Source: an archaeon
GTDB lineage: Archaea > Nanobdellota > Nanobdellia > SCGC-AAA011-G17 > PNOQ01
Assembly: GCA_018671245.1 (NCBI GenBank)
Contig: JABHIB010000001.1
Coordinates: forward strand, 31,888-95,887
Direction: 5' to 3'
Length of the DNA: 64,000 nucleotides
Part shown: piece by piece, positions 1-9,317 of the stretch
How positions within the stretch are numbered: position 1 is the first letter of the stretch
Layout of the letters: each line of letters begins with the position of its first letter
Notes under the pieces: generated by a model
What the model saw: only the letters and a program-made list of their open reading frames with translations
What the model was told of the DNA's origin: nothing
Database searches by the model: none
Position numbers and translations under genes: made by a program

Positions 1-82
1 CACCTTTTTTATATCTACTATAGGTGCCTTTAGATTTCTTATCTCTCTTAGTTTTTCTTTTATCATAACTAGGTTCTGACAT

Positions 83-772
83 TTATACCAACTCCACTAT
101 TTTAGCAATTTTTGCCGAATTAGTTATTTTAATCTTATCTCCAGGTCTAAGGGTGATAATTTTAGGATTATTATCTACACAGAGAAGTGCAGTACCTCGA
201 ATCAATTCAAAATTAACAGTCCCTCTTTCTATTATTTTTGAAGCAATTTTTTTAGTAACATTATTCATAGTAATTCCAATTCCCTTACTAAATGATTTCT
301 TTGTTATAGAATGAAAATATCCTGTTGAGCCATAAGGTGAACTAACTGTCACACCATCTCCAATTAGATTATCATATTTTCTCTTACCGATTTTAGCTGA
401 GAACCTTATTCCACAATTTGGGATCTTATTTCTTATAGATATATCATTAACCGCAAAAGAGTTTTTACCATTAAATAAAAGTTTTAATTTTTTCTCTCTA
501 ATAAATCTAAATTCGTGATTTTCAATCTTAGAAATTATTTTTTTCAGAGATTTGAGATTATACCTTCCTCTCTTACTGTGTCTTTTATCGCTCCAGATAA
601 GAATTTTAGGTATCTCTGGGTATTTTCTTTCAGCATAAAGAAAGGTTCCATCTCCTCCTAAGCAGAATATGATATTTGGATTAAATCTTGAGTATTTTAT
701 AGTCGTACCTTTGACAGAATCTTTAATTTCTTTTATTCCTTCCTTATTATTACTGACTGCAAATATTTTCAT
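83..772 (-). CDS. nadK: NAD(+) kinase
   Basis: 229 aa. GGDGT motif (FCLGGDGTFLYAERKY) and the conserved C-terminal NAD-kinase region (DGVTVSSPYGSTGY). Confidence 0.7.
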   Translation of the reverse strand: MKIFAVSNNKEGIKEIKDSVKGTTIKYSRFNPNIIFCLGGDGTFLYAERKYPEIPKILIWSDKRHSKRGRYNLKSLKKIISKIENHEFRFIREKKLKLLFNGKNSFAVNDISIRNKIPNCGIRFSAKIGKRKYDNLIGDGVTVSSPYGSTGYFHSITKKSFSKGIGITMNNVTKKIASKIIERGTVNFELIRGTALLCVDNNPKIITLRPGDKIKITNSAKIAKIVELV

Positions 773-862
773 ATTCTATTTTTAATTCTTAGTTTTATAA
801 ATCTTTCCAATAGATAAGTTTATAAGGCGAACATCTATCAAAATATTCGAAAATTTCAAAAA

Positions 863-1795
863 ATGGATGCAACAAAACAAGAAATGAATAATAACATTTT
901 ATATCTAAATGAAGAATTAAATAACTTTCAGACAATTGCTGAAAACTTAATTCCTCAGGCAGAAGATTCTCCTAAATTGGAGAATATTGATATATATGGC
1001 GAATCTATCCACTTGGCAGGGAATGTAGGTGGAGATCACATAGCATATGTTGATTTTAATAAAAGATATGATCTAGAAGAAAGAATAAATATCGCAAAAG
1101 ATACAGGAAATTTCAAAATCGCAGAGAATTTAGAGAAGAATAAAAGGAGGGCAGGGATATTATTAGCAGATGTTGCTGGCCACCAAACAACAGATTCACT
1201 TCTTGCAGCAATGCTTCACCAATCATTCTTTATTGGAGCACTATATGAGTTAGATAATAATGGGGAGATAACTACAAAATTATTTGAAAATATAAATACT
1301 AGATTCTACAATTCTTCAAGTTTAAATAAATTCATAACTATGATATATGGGGAAATTTCCAATTCTGGAAAGTTTAGGTTTATTTCTGCAGCACATAGTG
1401 CACCTCTATTATTTTCAAATGAACAAGATAAGTTAGTAAAAATCAGTGAAGATAAGATAACTAATTATTTCCCAATAGGTATAGTTCCATCTATAGAAGA
1501 TATAGACAAATCTCGTTCAAATTCGGTTATGGGATTCAAAGAAAAATACGCTGTAAATGAGATAGATTTAATGGACAATAAAGATATTATGGTTCTTTAC
1601 ACTGATGGACTTAGTGATCATGCTAATTCAAGGGGAGAAAACTATGTTTCAAGAAAATTGGAATCAAAACTAAAAGAATTAAAGGAATATTCTTCTAAAG
1701 AAATTTTCTCAGGAATAAAAGATGACATTCTTTCATTTAATAAACCTGAAGATGATATAAGTTACGTAATAATAAAAAAAAATAATAATCTCTAA
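863..1795 (+). CDS. PP2C/SpoIIE-family serine/threonine protein phosphatase with an N-terminal uncharacterized region
   Basis: 310 aa. DVAGHQ and VLYTDGLSDHAN motifs typical of SpoIIE/RsbU-type PP2C phosphatases. Divergently transcribed from nadK. Confidence 0.5.
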   Translation: MDATKQEMNNNILYLNEELNNFQTIAENLIPQAEDSPKLENIDIYGESIHLAGNVGGDHIAYVDFNKRYDLEERINIAKDTGNFKIAENLEKNKRRAGILLADVAGHQTTDSLLAAMLHQSFFIGALYELDNNGEITTKLFENINTRFYNSSSLNKFITMIYGEISNSGKFRFISAAHSAPLLFSNEQDKLVKISEDKITNYFPIGIVPSIEDIDKSRSNSVMGFKEKYAVNEIDLMDNKDIMVLYTDGLSDHANSRGENYVSRKLESKLKELKEYSSKEIFSGIKDDILSFNKPEDDISYVIIKKNNNL

Positions 1796-1811
1796 GATAA
1801 CTTAGAGAAAA

Positions 1812-2195
1812 TTAATCTTGCTTTTTTAACAAAAATTCACTAATCTTGCTTTCAAATTCTTGTTTTTGTAGAGCACCTCTTGCCATTCTAGGTTCTCCAT
1901 CAGTTGGAATAAACAATAAAGTAGGGATGCTCATAATATCAAACATACCTGCCAACTCTTTTTCTTCTTCAGTATTAATCTTATAGATATTAATTTTCCC
2001 CTTATATTCTTCAGCTAATTCATCTAGGATAGGCGCAATCATTTTACACGGCCCGCACCAATCAGCATAAAAATCAACTATTGCTGGGATATCTCCCTCA
2101 TATTTCCAATCTTTATTTTTTTCGTAATTAAATATTTTGTCTTTAAATGTTTCTTTTGTTAAATTTTCTACCATTTTCATTTCTCCTATTTCCAA
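1812..2195 (-). CDS. trxA: thioredoxin
   Basis: 127 aa. WCGPCK active-site motif in a thioredoxin-length fold. Confidence 0.8.
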   Translation of the reverse strand: MEIGEMKMVENLTKETFKDKIFNYEKNKDWKYEGDIPAIVDFYADWCGPCKMIAPILDELAEEYKGKINIYKINTEEEKELAGMFDIMSIPTLLFIPTDGEPRMARGALQKQEFESKISEFLLKKQD

Positions 2196-3124
2196 TCTAT
2201 GGAAATGTTTGCTTTATCTCCTTGAATATATCTGTAAACTTCTAATCCTGCTTTTGCTCCCTCTCCTGCAGAAATAATAGTCTGCTTAAATGGGACAGTT
2301 GTTACATCTCCAGCAGCAAAAAATCCAGGCAATGAAGTTCTACATCTATCATCTACTTTAATCTCTCCAATTTCATTAAGTTCAACTAGTTTTTCAACAA
2401 AATCCGTTTTCAACTCATATCCAATTTCTATAAATACTCCATCAACTTTCAATTCATCTTCTTCATTTGTTTTAACATTCTCTACAACTAGTTTTTCAAC
2501 AATATCTTCTCCAGATACTTCTTTAGGTATGCTATCAAGAACTGTTTCTATCTTTTTTGAGTTATTTATTCTATCTACAGTAATTTCGTCACCTCTAAAT
2601 TCATCCCTTCTATGGATTAAATATATCTTATCTGCAAATTTTTCCAAAAGTATTGCTGCATCCATGGCAGAGTTCCCACCACCGATAACTGCAACAGTTT
2701 TCTTATTAAAGAAAGCTGCATCACAAGTAGCACAAGTTGAAACTCCTCTCCCCATAAATTTAGCTTCTCCAGGGATACCTAATTTTCTTGCAGTCTTTCC
2801 AGAAGCCAAGATAACAGTCTTACTTTCATAAGTTTCACCATTAGATAAGTTTAATTGGAAATTTCCATCTTCCTTCTTGATAATATGATCTACCTCTCCA
2901 AAAATAAACTCTGATCCAAATTTTTCTGCCTGTTCTCTAAATTTTGACATCAAATTAGCACCTTGCATAGGATCAACTCCTGGATAGTTTTCAATATTAT
3001 CTGTTAAAAGTGTCTGGCCCCCAACATCTATAGTAAGTATGGCCGTTTTCAATTTTTTTCTTCCAGTATATAATGCTGCAGTTAATCCTGCTGCACCTCC
3101 ACCAATAATTAAAACATCATACAT
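2186..3124 (-). CDS. trxB: thioredoxin-disulfide reductase
   Basis: 312 aa. N-terminal GGGAAGLTAALY FAD site, CATCD redox-active disulfide, second GGGNSAMD NAD(P) site. Overlaps trxA by 10 nt, so an operon is likely. Confidence 0.8.
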   Translation of the reverse strand: MYDVLIIGGGAAGLTAALYTGRKKLKTAILTIDVGGQTLLTDNIENYPGVDPMQGANLMSKFREQAEKFGSEFIFGEVDHIIKKEDGNFQLNLSNGETYESKTVILASGKTARKLGIPGEAKFMGRGVSTCATCDAAFFNKKTVAVIGGGNSAMDAAILLEKFADKIYLIHRRDEFRGDEITVDRINNSKKIETVLDSIPKEVSGEDIVEKLVVENVKTNEEDELKVDGVFIEIGYELKTDFVEKLVELNEIGEIKVDDRCRTSLPGFFAAGDVTTVPFKQTIISAGEGAKAGLEVYRYIQGDKANISIDWK

Positions 3125-4232
3125 TTTTATCTCTAGCCTCCACTCTTTCCTTGGCTATCTCCATAGATGCATCTCTAGGTTTTATGTTTTTTTCTTTAGA
3201 TCTCTCCAACATCTCTAGAGTATTTGCAGTGATTTTCTCTTCTACTATCTCAAACATCTTTTCAGGTGTCCCTTCTATAGTTTCAACATAAGATGAGATA
3301 ACTCCTCCTGCATTTGCAACAAAGTCAGGGATAACTAGAATTCCTTTTTTATGGAATTCTTCTTCTATTTCTTCACTAATCGGAAGATTAGAACCACAAG
3401 GTATAATTTTTGCTTTTATTGAATCTTTATTCTCATTAGTTATCAAATCTGGAATAGCCGCAGGAATTAGGATTTCAACATCCAATGCCAATAAATCCTT
3501 AGATTCTAGTTTTTCTCCTTCTTCATAATTAATAACAGATCCACTTTCTTCTTTAACTTTCATTAATTTATCATAATCTAGTCCTTCCTTGTTATAGATA
3601 GTCCCTTTTGAATCTGAGACTCCTACTACCTTAATTCCTTTTTCTGTTAGAAATTTCATTAGGAATGTTCCAACATTTCCAAATCCTTCGATGGCAACAC
3701 TTATTTCTTCATGTTTTAATCCAAGATGTTCGATGGCAACTAGGGTAGAATGATAAACTCCAAATCCCGTACTTCCAAGTTCATGAGGTAATCCTCCCAT
3801 TTCAGCAGGTTTTCCTGTGCAAGATTTTTTATCACCATTAGCATTAGCGAAGATTTCCATCTCATGCTCTGCCATATTCATATCTGGTCCTGCAATATAT
3901 AATTCTGGAGTAACTTCTTTTATCGCTTTAGAAAATGCTGCAACAATTTCATCTTTTTCTTCTTGACTAATTTTTTTATCATCTGCTATAATTCCGGATT
4001 TAGCACCACCAAATGGAATATCTGCCAAAGCATTTTTCCAAGTCATAGTTTCAGCTAGCCTATATACTTCCTCTACATCTACAGTAGGAGTCATTCTTAT
4101 TCCTCCTTTTCCTGGCCCAAGATTAGTATTATGTATAACAGTAACACCTCTCATTCCAGTTTTAGGATCATATACTTGTATTATTTTTTCTGGTCCAAAT
4201 TTATCATATTTTATTTTCATTTTGATCTCCAC
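3117..4232 (-). CDS. Glu/Leu/Phe/Val dehydrogenase family protein (short, GDH-like)
   Basis: 371 aa. IPFGGAKSGI catalytic-lysine motif and GFGNVG Rossmann motif. Shorter than typical GDH, so substrate is uncertain. Confidence 0.6.
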   Translation of the reverse strand: MEIKMKIKYDKFGPEKIIQVYDPKTGMRGVTVIHNTNLGPGKGGIRMTPTVDVEEVYRLAETMTWKNALADIPFGGAKSGIIADDKKISQEEKDEIVAAFSKAIKEVTPELYIAGPDMNMAEHEMEIFANANGDKKSCTGKPAEMGGLPHELGSTGFGVYHSTLVAIEHLGLKHEEISVAIEGFGNVGTFLMKFLTEKGIKVVGVSDSKGTIYNKEGLDYDKLMKVKEESGSVINYEEGEKLESKDLLALDVEILIPAAIPDLITNENKDSIKAKIIPCGSNLPISEEIEEEFHKKGILVIPDFVANAGGVISSYVETIEGTPEKMFEIVEEKITANTLEMLERSKEKNIKPRDASMEIAKERVEARDKNV

Positions 4233-4633
4233 AATCCATGAAGATTACAATATGCTCTTGCAACTACATCTTCTGAATCTATCTTAAACTCTGCCTCAGG
4301 TTTATCTCCAGCTTTCAAAAATTTCTTATAACTTTTTTTGCTTGAGGTTATCTCTATCCACTCGATATGGTGTTCTTCATCACTCGGGTGTTCGACAGAA
4401 CCTACTTTCACTATTACACTACCATCAACCCTTTCAATTATTGGAACATGTTTTTCATTTGAAGCATCTTCTGTATTCTCTTCCATATTCTGCATCGGTT
4501 CTCCACAACAAAAGAGAGGTGCTGAAGCCTCATGTAATACTTCAACAATGTTGCCACAAATCTGACATTTGTATATTTGTTTTTTTTCTGTCATCTTATT
4601 ATCCTTAAAAGTTAACCATATCTTCTGGTTCAA
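4217..4633 (-). CDS. dfx: desulfoferrodoxin (class I 2Fe superoxide reductase)
   Basis: 138 aa. N-terminal desulforedoxin CQICGN...FCCGEPM plus EKHVPIIE, HPSDEEHHIEWIE and C-x-H SOR centre II ligands. Confidence 0.75.
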   Translation of the reverse strand: MNQKIWLTFKDNKMTEKKQIYKCQICGNIVEVLHEASAPLFCCGEPMQNMEENTEDASNEKHVPIIERVDGSVIVKVGSVEHPSDEEHHIEWIEITSSKKSYKKFLKAGDKPEAEFKIDSEDVVARAYCNLHGLWRSK

Positions 4634-5150
4634 AATATTCTTTTTTATGTTTACATGATGGACATACTGCTAAAGGTTCAGTACCTTCGTGAATGTATCC
4701 ACATTTACTACATTTCCATTTTATTGGTTCTTCTCTTTTGTATACTGTCCCCTCTTCAACCATTTTTAGAAGTTTTTCATATCTCTCTTCATGGTGTTTT
4801 TCAGTTTTACCAATTACTTCAAACAATTTTGCAGCTTCTTCATTCCCTTCTTCTCTAGCTTCTTTTGCAAATGTAGGGTACATATCTTCAGTTTCATAAT
4901 GTTCTCCATCGATTGCAGCCTTCAAATTAGTTTTAGTATCATTAATTCCATTTAATAATTTAAATTCATCTTTTGCATGTTGCATCTCATTAGCTGCTGT
5001 TTCTTCAAAAACTTTTGAGATGTAGTGGTATCCTTCTTTTTTTGCAACTTTAGCAAAATAAGTATATTTATTTCTCGCCTGACTTTCACCTGCAAATGCA
5101 GCCTTCAAATTTTTTTCTGTTTTAGTTTCCATTTTTAATCTCCTCAACAT
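4605..5150 (-). CDS. rbr: rubrerythrin
   Basis: 181 aa. Two E-x-x-H di-iron motifs (ETAANEMQHAKDE, GKTEKHHEERYEK) and a C-terminal rubredoxin-like CSKCGY...CPSCKH. The true start is probably the internal Met near 5132. Confidence 0.8.
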   Translation of the reverse strand: MLRRLKMETKTEKNLKAAFAGESQARNKYTYFAKVAKKEGYHYISKVFEETAANEMQHAKDEFKLLNGINDTKTNLKAAIDGEHYETEDMYPTFAKEAREEGNEEAAKLFEVIGKTEKHHEERYEKLLKMVEEGTVYKREEPIKWKCSKCGYIHEGTEPLAVCPSCKHKKEYFEPEDMVNF

Positions 5151-5434
5151 GAATTTAATCCATATTTTTCAGTATGTTTTTTTACGGCTTTTAGAATTGG
5201 TTCAATAGTATCTTTGTTTAGGGAGTATATTCTTTGTTTTCCATCTTGTTCAACAGTAACAAACCCATTTTTTTCTAAACATTGTAAGTTATGACTTATT
5301 CTACTTTGTTCCATTCCTAATTCGCTAGTCAATTGACTAACATTTTTAGGTTTATCTTTTAGACTTAATACAATGCTTAAACGTGTATCATTACATAACG
5401 CCTTAAAAAATCCCATATATGTTAAATCAATCAT
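5144..5434 (-). CDS. ArsR/SmtB-family HTH transcriptional regulator
   Basis: 96 aa. ALCNDTRLSIVLSL...VSQLTSELGMEQSRISHNLQCLEKNGFV is the ArsR-type wHTH. First gene of the co-directional redox operon. Confidence 0.7.
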   Translation of the reverse strand: MIDLTYMGFFKALCNDTRLSIVLSLKDKPKNVSQLTSELGMEQSRISHNLQCLEKNGFVTVEQDGKQRIYSLNKDTIEPILKAVKKHTEKYGLNSC

Positions 5435-5469
5435 ATGATAAACACATCATATGTTATATATAAATGTTT

Positions 5470-7632
5470 CTATATCCTTTTCTTCTTCAATAATAATGAA
5501 TTCATAACTACACTAACCGAACTCATAGCCATCGCTCCACCAGCCAACATAGGATTCAATAACCACCCAGTAAATGGATATAATATCCCTGCAGCAACAG
5601 GAATCCCCATCGAATTATAGAACAAGGCCCAAAACATATTCTGACGAATTTTAGACATGGTAATCTTGCTTAATCTTATTGCCTTAGCAATATCCATTAA
5701 ATCATTCTTGATAAGTACTATATTCCCAGTTTCCATGGCAACATCTGTTCCGGATCCCATTGCAATACCTATTTCCGCTTGAGCTAAAGCTGGAGCATCA
5801 TTTATTCCATCTCCAACCATAGCAACAGGTCCATACCTTTGTAATTTTTTAACATACTTGGCCTTATCTTCTGGAAGAACTTCTGCAAAAACATTTTTTA
5901 TTCCAGCAAGTTTAGCAATTGCATTGGCAGTATTTTTATTGTCTCCAGTAATCATATAAATTTTAATTCCTAATTTTTGTAATGCCTTAACAGCCATAGC
6001 AGAAGTTTCTTTTATTGTATCTGCAACAGCAATTAAACCAATAAGTTTCCTATTTTCTGCTAAATACATAACAGTTTTACCTTCTTTCTCAATATCAGTT
6101 ACATCACTAATATTATTTATTCCAATGGTCTTCATTAGTCTTGCAGTTCCAAAGTAATATTTTTTCTTTCCGATATTGGATCTTATTCCCTGTCCTGGAA
6201 TTGATTCAAAATTAGAAATTTTATTCAAACCAATTTTATCTTTTTTCGCCTTTTCAACTATTGCTTCCCCCAATGGATGTTCTGAATTTTTTTCCATACT
6301 TGCTGCTATTTTCAAGATTTCTTTTTCACTTTTATCAAAGTGGATTATGTTTGTTACTTCAGGAATTCCCTTAGTTATTGTTCCAGTTTTATCAAAGATT
6401 AAATATTTCAACTTATGTGCCATTTCTAAAGAATCTCCTCCTTTGATTAAAATGCCATTTTTCGCGCCCTTACCTGTTCCAACCATTATTGCAGTAGGGG
6501 TAGCCAATCCTAGTGCACAAGGACAAGCAATAACAAGAACTGCTACAGAAGTGATCATAGCAAAAGAAAGGTCAGTATCAAATATGTAATACCAACTAAC
6601 AAATGTCAAAATTGCAATTAAAATAACAGCTGGAACAAAATAGGCAGAAACATTATCTGCAAATCTTTGTATTGGGGCTTTTCTACCTTGGGCATCTTCA
6701 ATTAATCTTATTATGCCTGCCAAAGTAGTATTTTTCCCAATTTTTGTAGCTTTAAATTTAAAGGCTCCTTGTTTATTTATTGTTCCTCCAATAACCTCAT
6801 CCCTAATTTTCTTATTAACTGGAATGCTCTCTCCAGTGATCATAGATTCATCAATACTGGAATGTCCCTCAATGATAATCCCATCTACTGGAATTTTTCC
6901 ACCAGGTTTAACTAAAATAATATCATTTAATTCTATTTCAGAGATTTTAACAACAATTTCATTTCCATTTCTAATAACTGTAGCTTTTTTTGGAGATAGA
7001 TACATTAATTTTTTTATAGCTTCAGAAGTTTTTCCCTTAGCTTTAGCTTCTAAATATTTTCCAAATATGACAAGAGTAATCAATACTGCAGATGCCTCAA
7101 AATATTGATGACCAACTCCAGATAAAACCACATAAACACTAAAAAAATATGCTGCACTTGTTCCTAATGCAACCAATGTATCCATATTGGCAGATTTATT
7201 CTTTAAAGCTGCCCAAGCCCCTCTATAGAACTGTAATCCTATATAAAATTGAACAGGAGTCGCTAAAATCCATAAAATATAATCTTGAGAAGGCAATGGA
7301 TTTTTCATAAAAAACATGCCTAAAATAAATGCAGGGATTGCAAAAATAGATGAAATTAATAATTTTTCTTTTAAGTTTGAAATTTCCTCTTTCTCTCTTT
7401 GTTCTTGTTTTTTTCTATCTTTTTCTAAATTTGCAGAATATCCAAGGGATTCGATCTTTTTGATAAAGTCATTTTCACTAATTTTCGATTCATTATATTC
7501 TATATTTGCATTAGAAGTAGAAAAATTAACATTAGATGTTTTTACACCCTCTAATTTTTTAAGAGATCTTTCTATCAAAGTAGAACAACTTGCACAATGC
7601 ATTCCCGAAACATTCAATTTAATTTTTTTCAT
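5470..7632 (-). CDS. copA: copper-translocating P1B-type ATPase
   Basis: 720 aa. N-terminal HMA GMHCASC, TM CPC motif (IACPCALG), DKTGT phosphorylation site, GDGINDAPAL hinge. Confidence 0.85.
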   Translation of the reverse strand: MKKIKLNVSGMHCASCSTLIERSLKKLEGVKTSNVNFSTSNANIEYNESKISENDFIKKIESLGYSANLEKDRKKQEQREKEEISNLKEKLLISSIFAIPAFILGMFFMKNPLPSQDYILWILATPVQFYIGLQFYRGAWAALKNKSANMDTLVALGTSAAYFFSVYVVLSGVGHQYFEASAVLITLVIFGKYLEAKAKGKTSEAIKKLMYLSPKKATVIRNGNEIVVKISEIELNDIILVKPGGKIPVDGIIIEGHSSIDESMITGESIPVNKKIRDEVIGGTINKQGAFKFKATKIGKNTTLAGIIRLIEDAQGRKAPIQRFADNVSAYFVPAVILIAILTFVSWYYIFDTDLSFAMITSVAVLVIACPCALGLATPTAIMVGTGKGAKNGILIKGGDSLEMAHKLKYLIFDKTGTITKGIPEVTNIIHFDKSEKEILKIAASMEKNSEHPLGEAIVEKAKKDKIGLNKISNFESIPGQGIRSNIGKKKYYFGTARLMKTIGINNISDVTDIEKEGKTVMYLAENRKLIGLIAVADTIKETSAMAVKALQKLGIKIYMITGDNKNTANAIAKLAGIKNVFAEVLPEDKAKYVKKLQRYGPVAMVGDGINDAPALAQAEIGIAMGSGTDVAMETGNIVLIKNDLMDIAKAIRLSKITMSKIRQNMFWALFYNSMGIPVAAGILYPFTGWLLNPMLAGGAMAMSSVSVVMNSLLLKKKRI

Positions 7633-7651
7633 TATTATTTAAAAAAAATCA

Positions 7652-9067
7652 TCAACTTCCTCCACATCCGCATCCTCCACCACTAGCACCACAAGAACCT
7701 CCAGAAGAAGGAGGAACTGTTTGTTCTAATTCATTTGGTGAAGCTTTAGCTAGGTCATCAACAACAATAAATGTGCCAGGGATCATTCCCATCCAACAAC
7801 TCCATGCTACTGTCCCACTTTCAGTTGGTGTAAACTCTATTATCTTTTCGCCAGGAGTTACATCAAAGTCTAAATTATATTTTGGAACTTGAATAGCATT
7901 GTTACATCCAGTTATTTCTATACCGTCCACTATCCACCTTACAGGGATTCCTTTTTGTAAAACAAATCTATCTGGAGACCACCCGCTATAAAGGACATCC
8001 ATTCTTATTTCCTGATATCCATCTTTCAATACTGCAACTTCATCAGAAGGTAAATCTGCATAGTTGGATCCAACTACATTTCCACTAATTAAACTGTTTG
8101 CATCATATCCACTTCCAGTCAAAGCAACTCCTCTATTCATCATAACTGCACCAAGTAAAATTATTACAATTGCAGAAATTTTCAAGATTCTTTTTGTAGA
8201 ATTTGAACTAATTAATGATGTAATCACTCCAAATCCTATTAGTACAGGTAATGTTCCTAATCCAAATGCTGCCAAACTCATTGCCCCATCAATCATATTT
8301 CCGGTTCCAGCAGCATAGATATACATTGCTTGTAAAGGTCCGCATGCAATAAGTAAGCTATTCAATAATCCAATTTTAAATGGATTTTTAGATTTATGAG
8401 ACTCTACAGCATACTTATTCAAAAACTTTGGAGATTTTATTCTAATCCTCTTCAACCAAGGGAATATGTTTAACATATTTAATCCGAATATCACTAAAAA
8501 TAATCCTGCAAAGATTGCAGCATAACCTCTTAACTGAGGTGTGAATGCTATGAATGATCCAAACAACCCAAACAAACCACCAATTACTGCATAACCTAGA
8601 GTTTTACCTGCACCATATTCGAAATGAGATCTCCATTTATTTTTTGATTTAGTAGCATAAGAAATTACAAATCCTCCACACATTCCCATGCAATGAAATC
8701 CTGTTAATAGTCCTAGAAAAAATAATATTCCTAATGATGCTTCTTTTGTCAGATCTGGAAAAAAATCAAAACCAATTGTGCTTTTTACAATTAAATATGC
8801 TCCAAATATTAAAAAAGCTAATCCTGCTGCAATTGACAGGTGCAGGTTAGTCTTTTTGGGTTTAGTTAGATTTGGGACATATCCTCTTTGGGTTATTGCT
8901 TCAGATATTTCATCTAGAGTAATCTTATTTTCATCAAATCTTATTACAACTTTGCCCGTCACATAGTTTGCATTTATTTCTTCAACTTTATCTTCTAATG
9001 ATTTTTCTAATATCTTTTCACAACCTGTACAGGTCATACCAGAAATATATATTGTTTTTTTTATCAT
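7652..9067 (-). CDS. three-part fusion: HMA metal-binding domain, DsbD_2/UreH-like polytopic membrane domain, C-terminal cupredoxin-like domain, and a Gly/Cys-rich tail
   Basis: 471 aa. GMTCTGC HMA. Multiple TM helices with HCMGMCGG and ACGPLQ motifs. C-terminal beta-rich segment with ITGCNN...WSCWMGMIPG (Cys/His/Met ligand pattern of small blue-copper-like folds). Tail SSGGSCGASGGGCGCGGS. Confidence 0.45.
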   Translation of the reverse strand: MIKKTIYISGMTCTGCEKILEKSLEDKVEEINANYVTGKVVIRFDENKITLDEISEAITQRGYVPNLTKPKKTNLHLSIAAGLAFLIFGAYLIVKSTIGFDFFPDLTKEASLGILFFLGLLTGFHCMGMCGGFVISYATKSKNKWRSHFEYGAGKTLGYAVIGGLFGLFGSFIAFTPQLRGYAAIFAGLFLVIFGLNMLNIFPWLKRIRIKSPKFLNKYAVESHKSKNPFKIGLLNSLLIACGPLQAMYIYAAGTGNMIDGAMSLAAFGLGTLPVLIGFGVITSLISSNSTKRILKISAIVIILLGAVMMNRGVALTGSGYDANSLISGNVVGSNYADLPSDEVAVLKDGYQEIRMDVLYSGWSPDRFVLQKGIPVRWIVDGIEITGCNNAIQVPKYNLDFDVTPGEKIIEFTPTESGTVAWSCWMGMIPGTFIVVDDLAKASPNELEQTVPPSSGGSCGASGGGCGCGGS

Positions 9068-9267
9068 ATTTTATATCCCTCTTTTATTATCAATGCTCTA
9101 ACTACGTTTAATGTTTCATTAGATCCATTAAAATTCAATTCAATTATGTCTTTTTTGTGATTGGGAATTACATTTACAACTCCAGAAATATTTTCAAGTT
9201 CTTCTTTCAAAATAATCTCACAACTTTTGCAATGCATCCCCTCAACTTTCAATATTACGTTCTTCAT
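9064..9267 (-). CDS. copZ: copper chaperone (HMA domain)
   Basis: 67 aa. GMHCKSC metal-binding loop, ferredoxin-like HMA length. Confidence 0.75.
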   Translation of the reverse strand: MKNVILKVEGMHCKSCEIILKEELENISGVVNVIPNHKKDIIELNFNGSNETLNVVRALIIKEGYKI

Positions 9268-9317
9268 AATATTATTGGTGGGTGAAACAACTTATAAGCA
9301 ATTGTAAGAAACTAGTT

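Noticed and set aside
2529-2831. Antisense ORFs inside trxB, copA, alaS, nrdJ, the P-type ATPase and others (e.g. 2529-2831, 6176-6589, 6713-7108, 8064-8318, 35594-35818, 36220-36423, 47440-47706, 56215-57419, 57424-58314)
   Set aside because: They are fully embedded opposite well-supported, motif-bearing genes and have low-complexity hydrophobic translations typical of AT-rich shadow frames.
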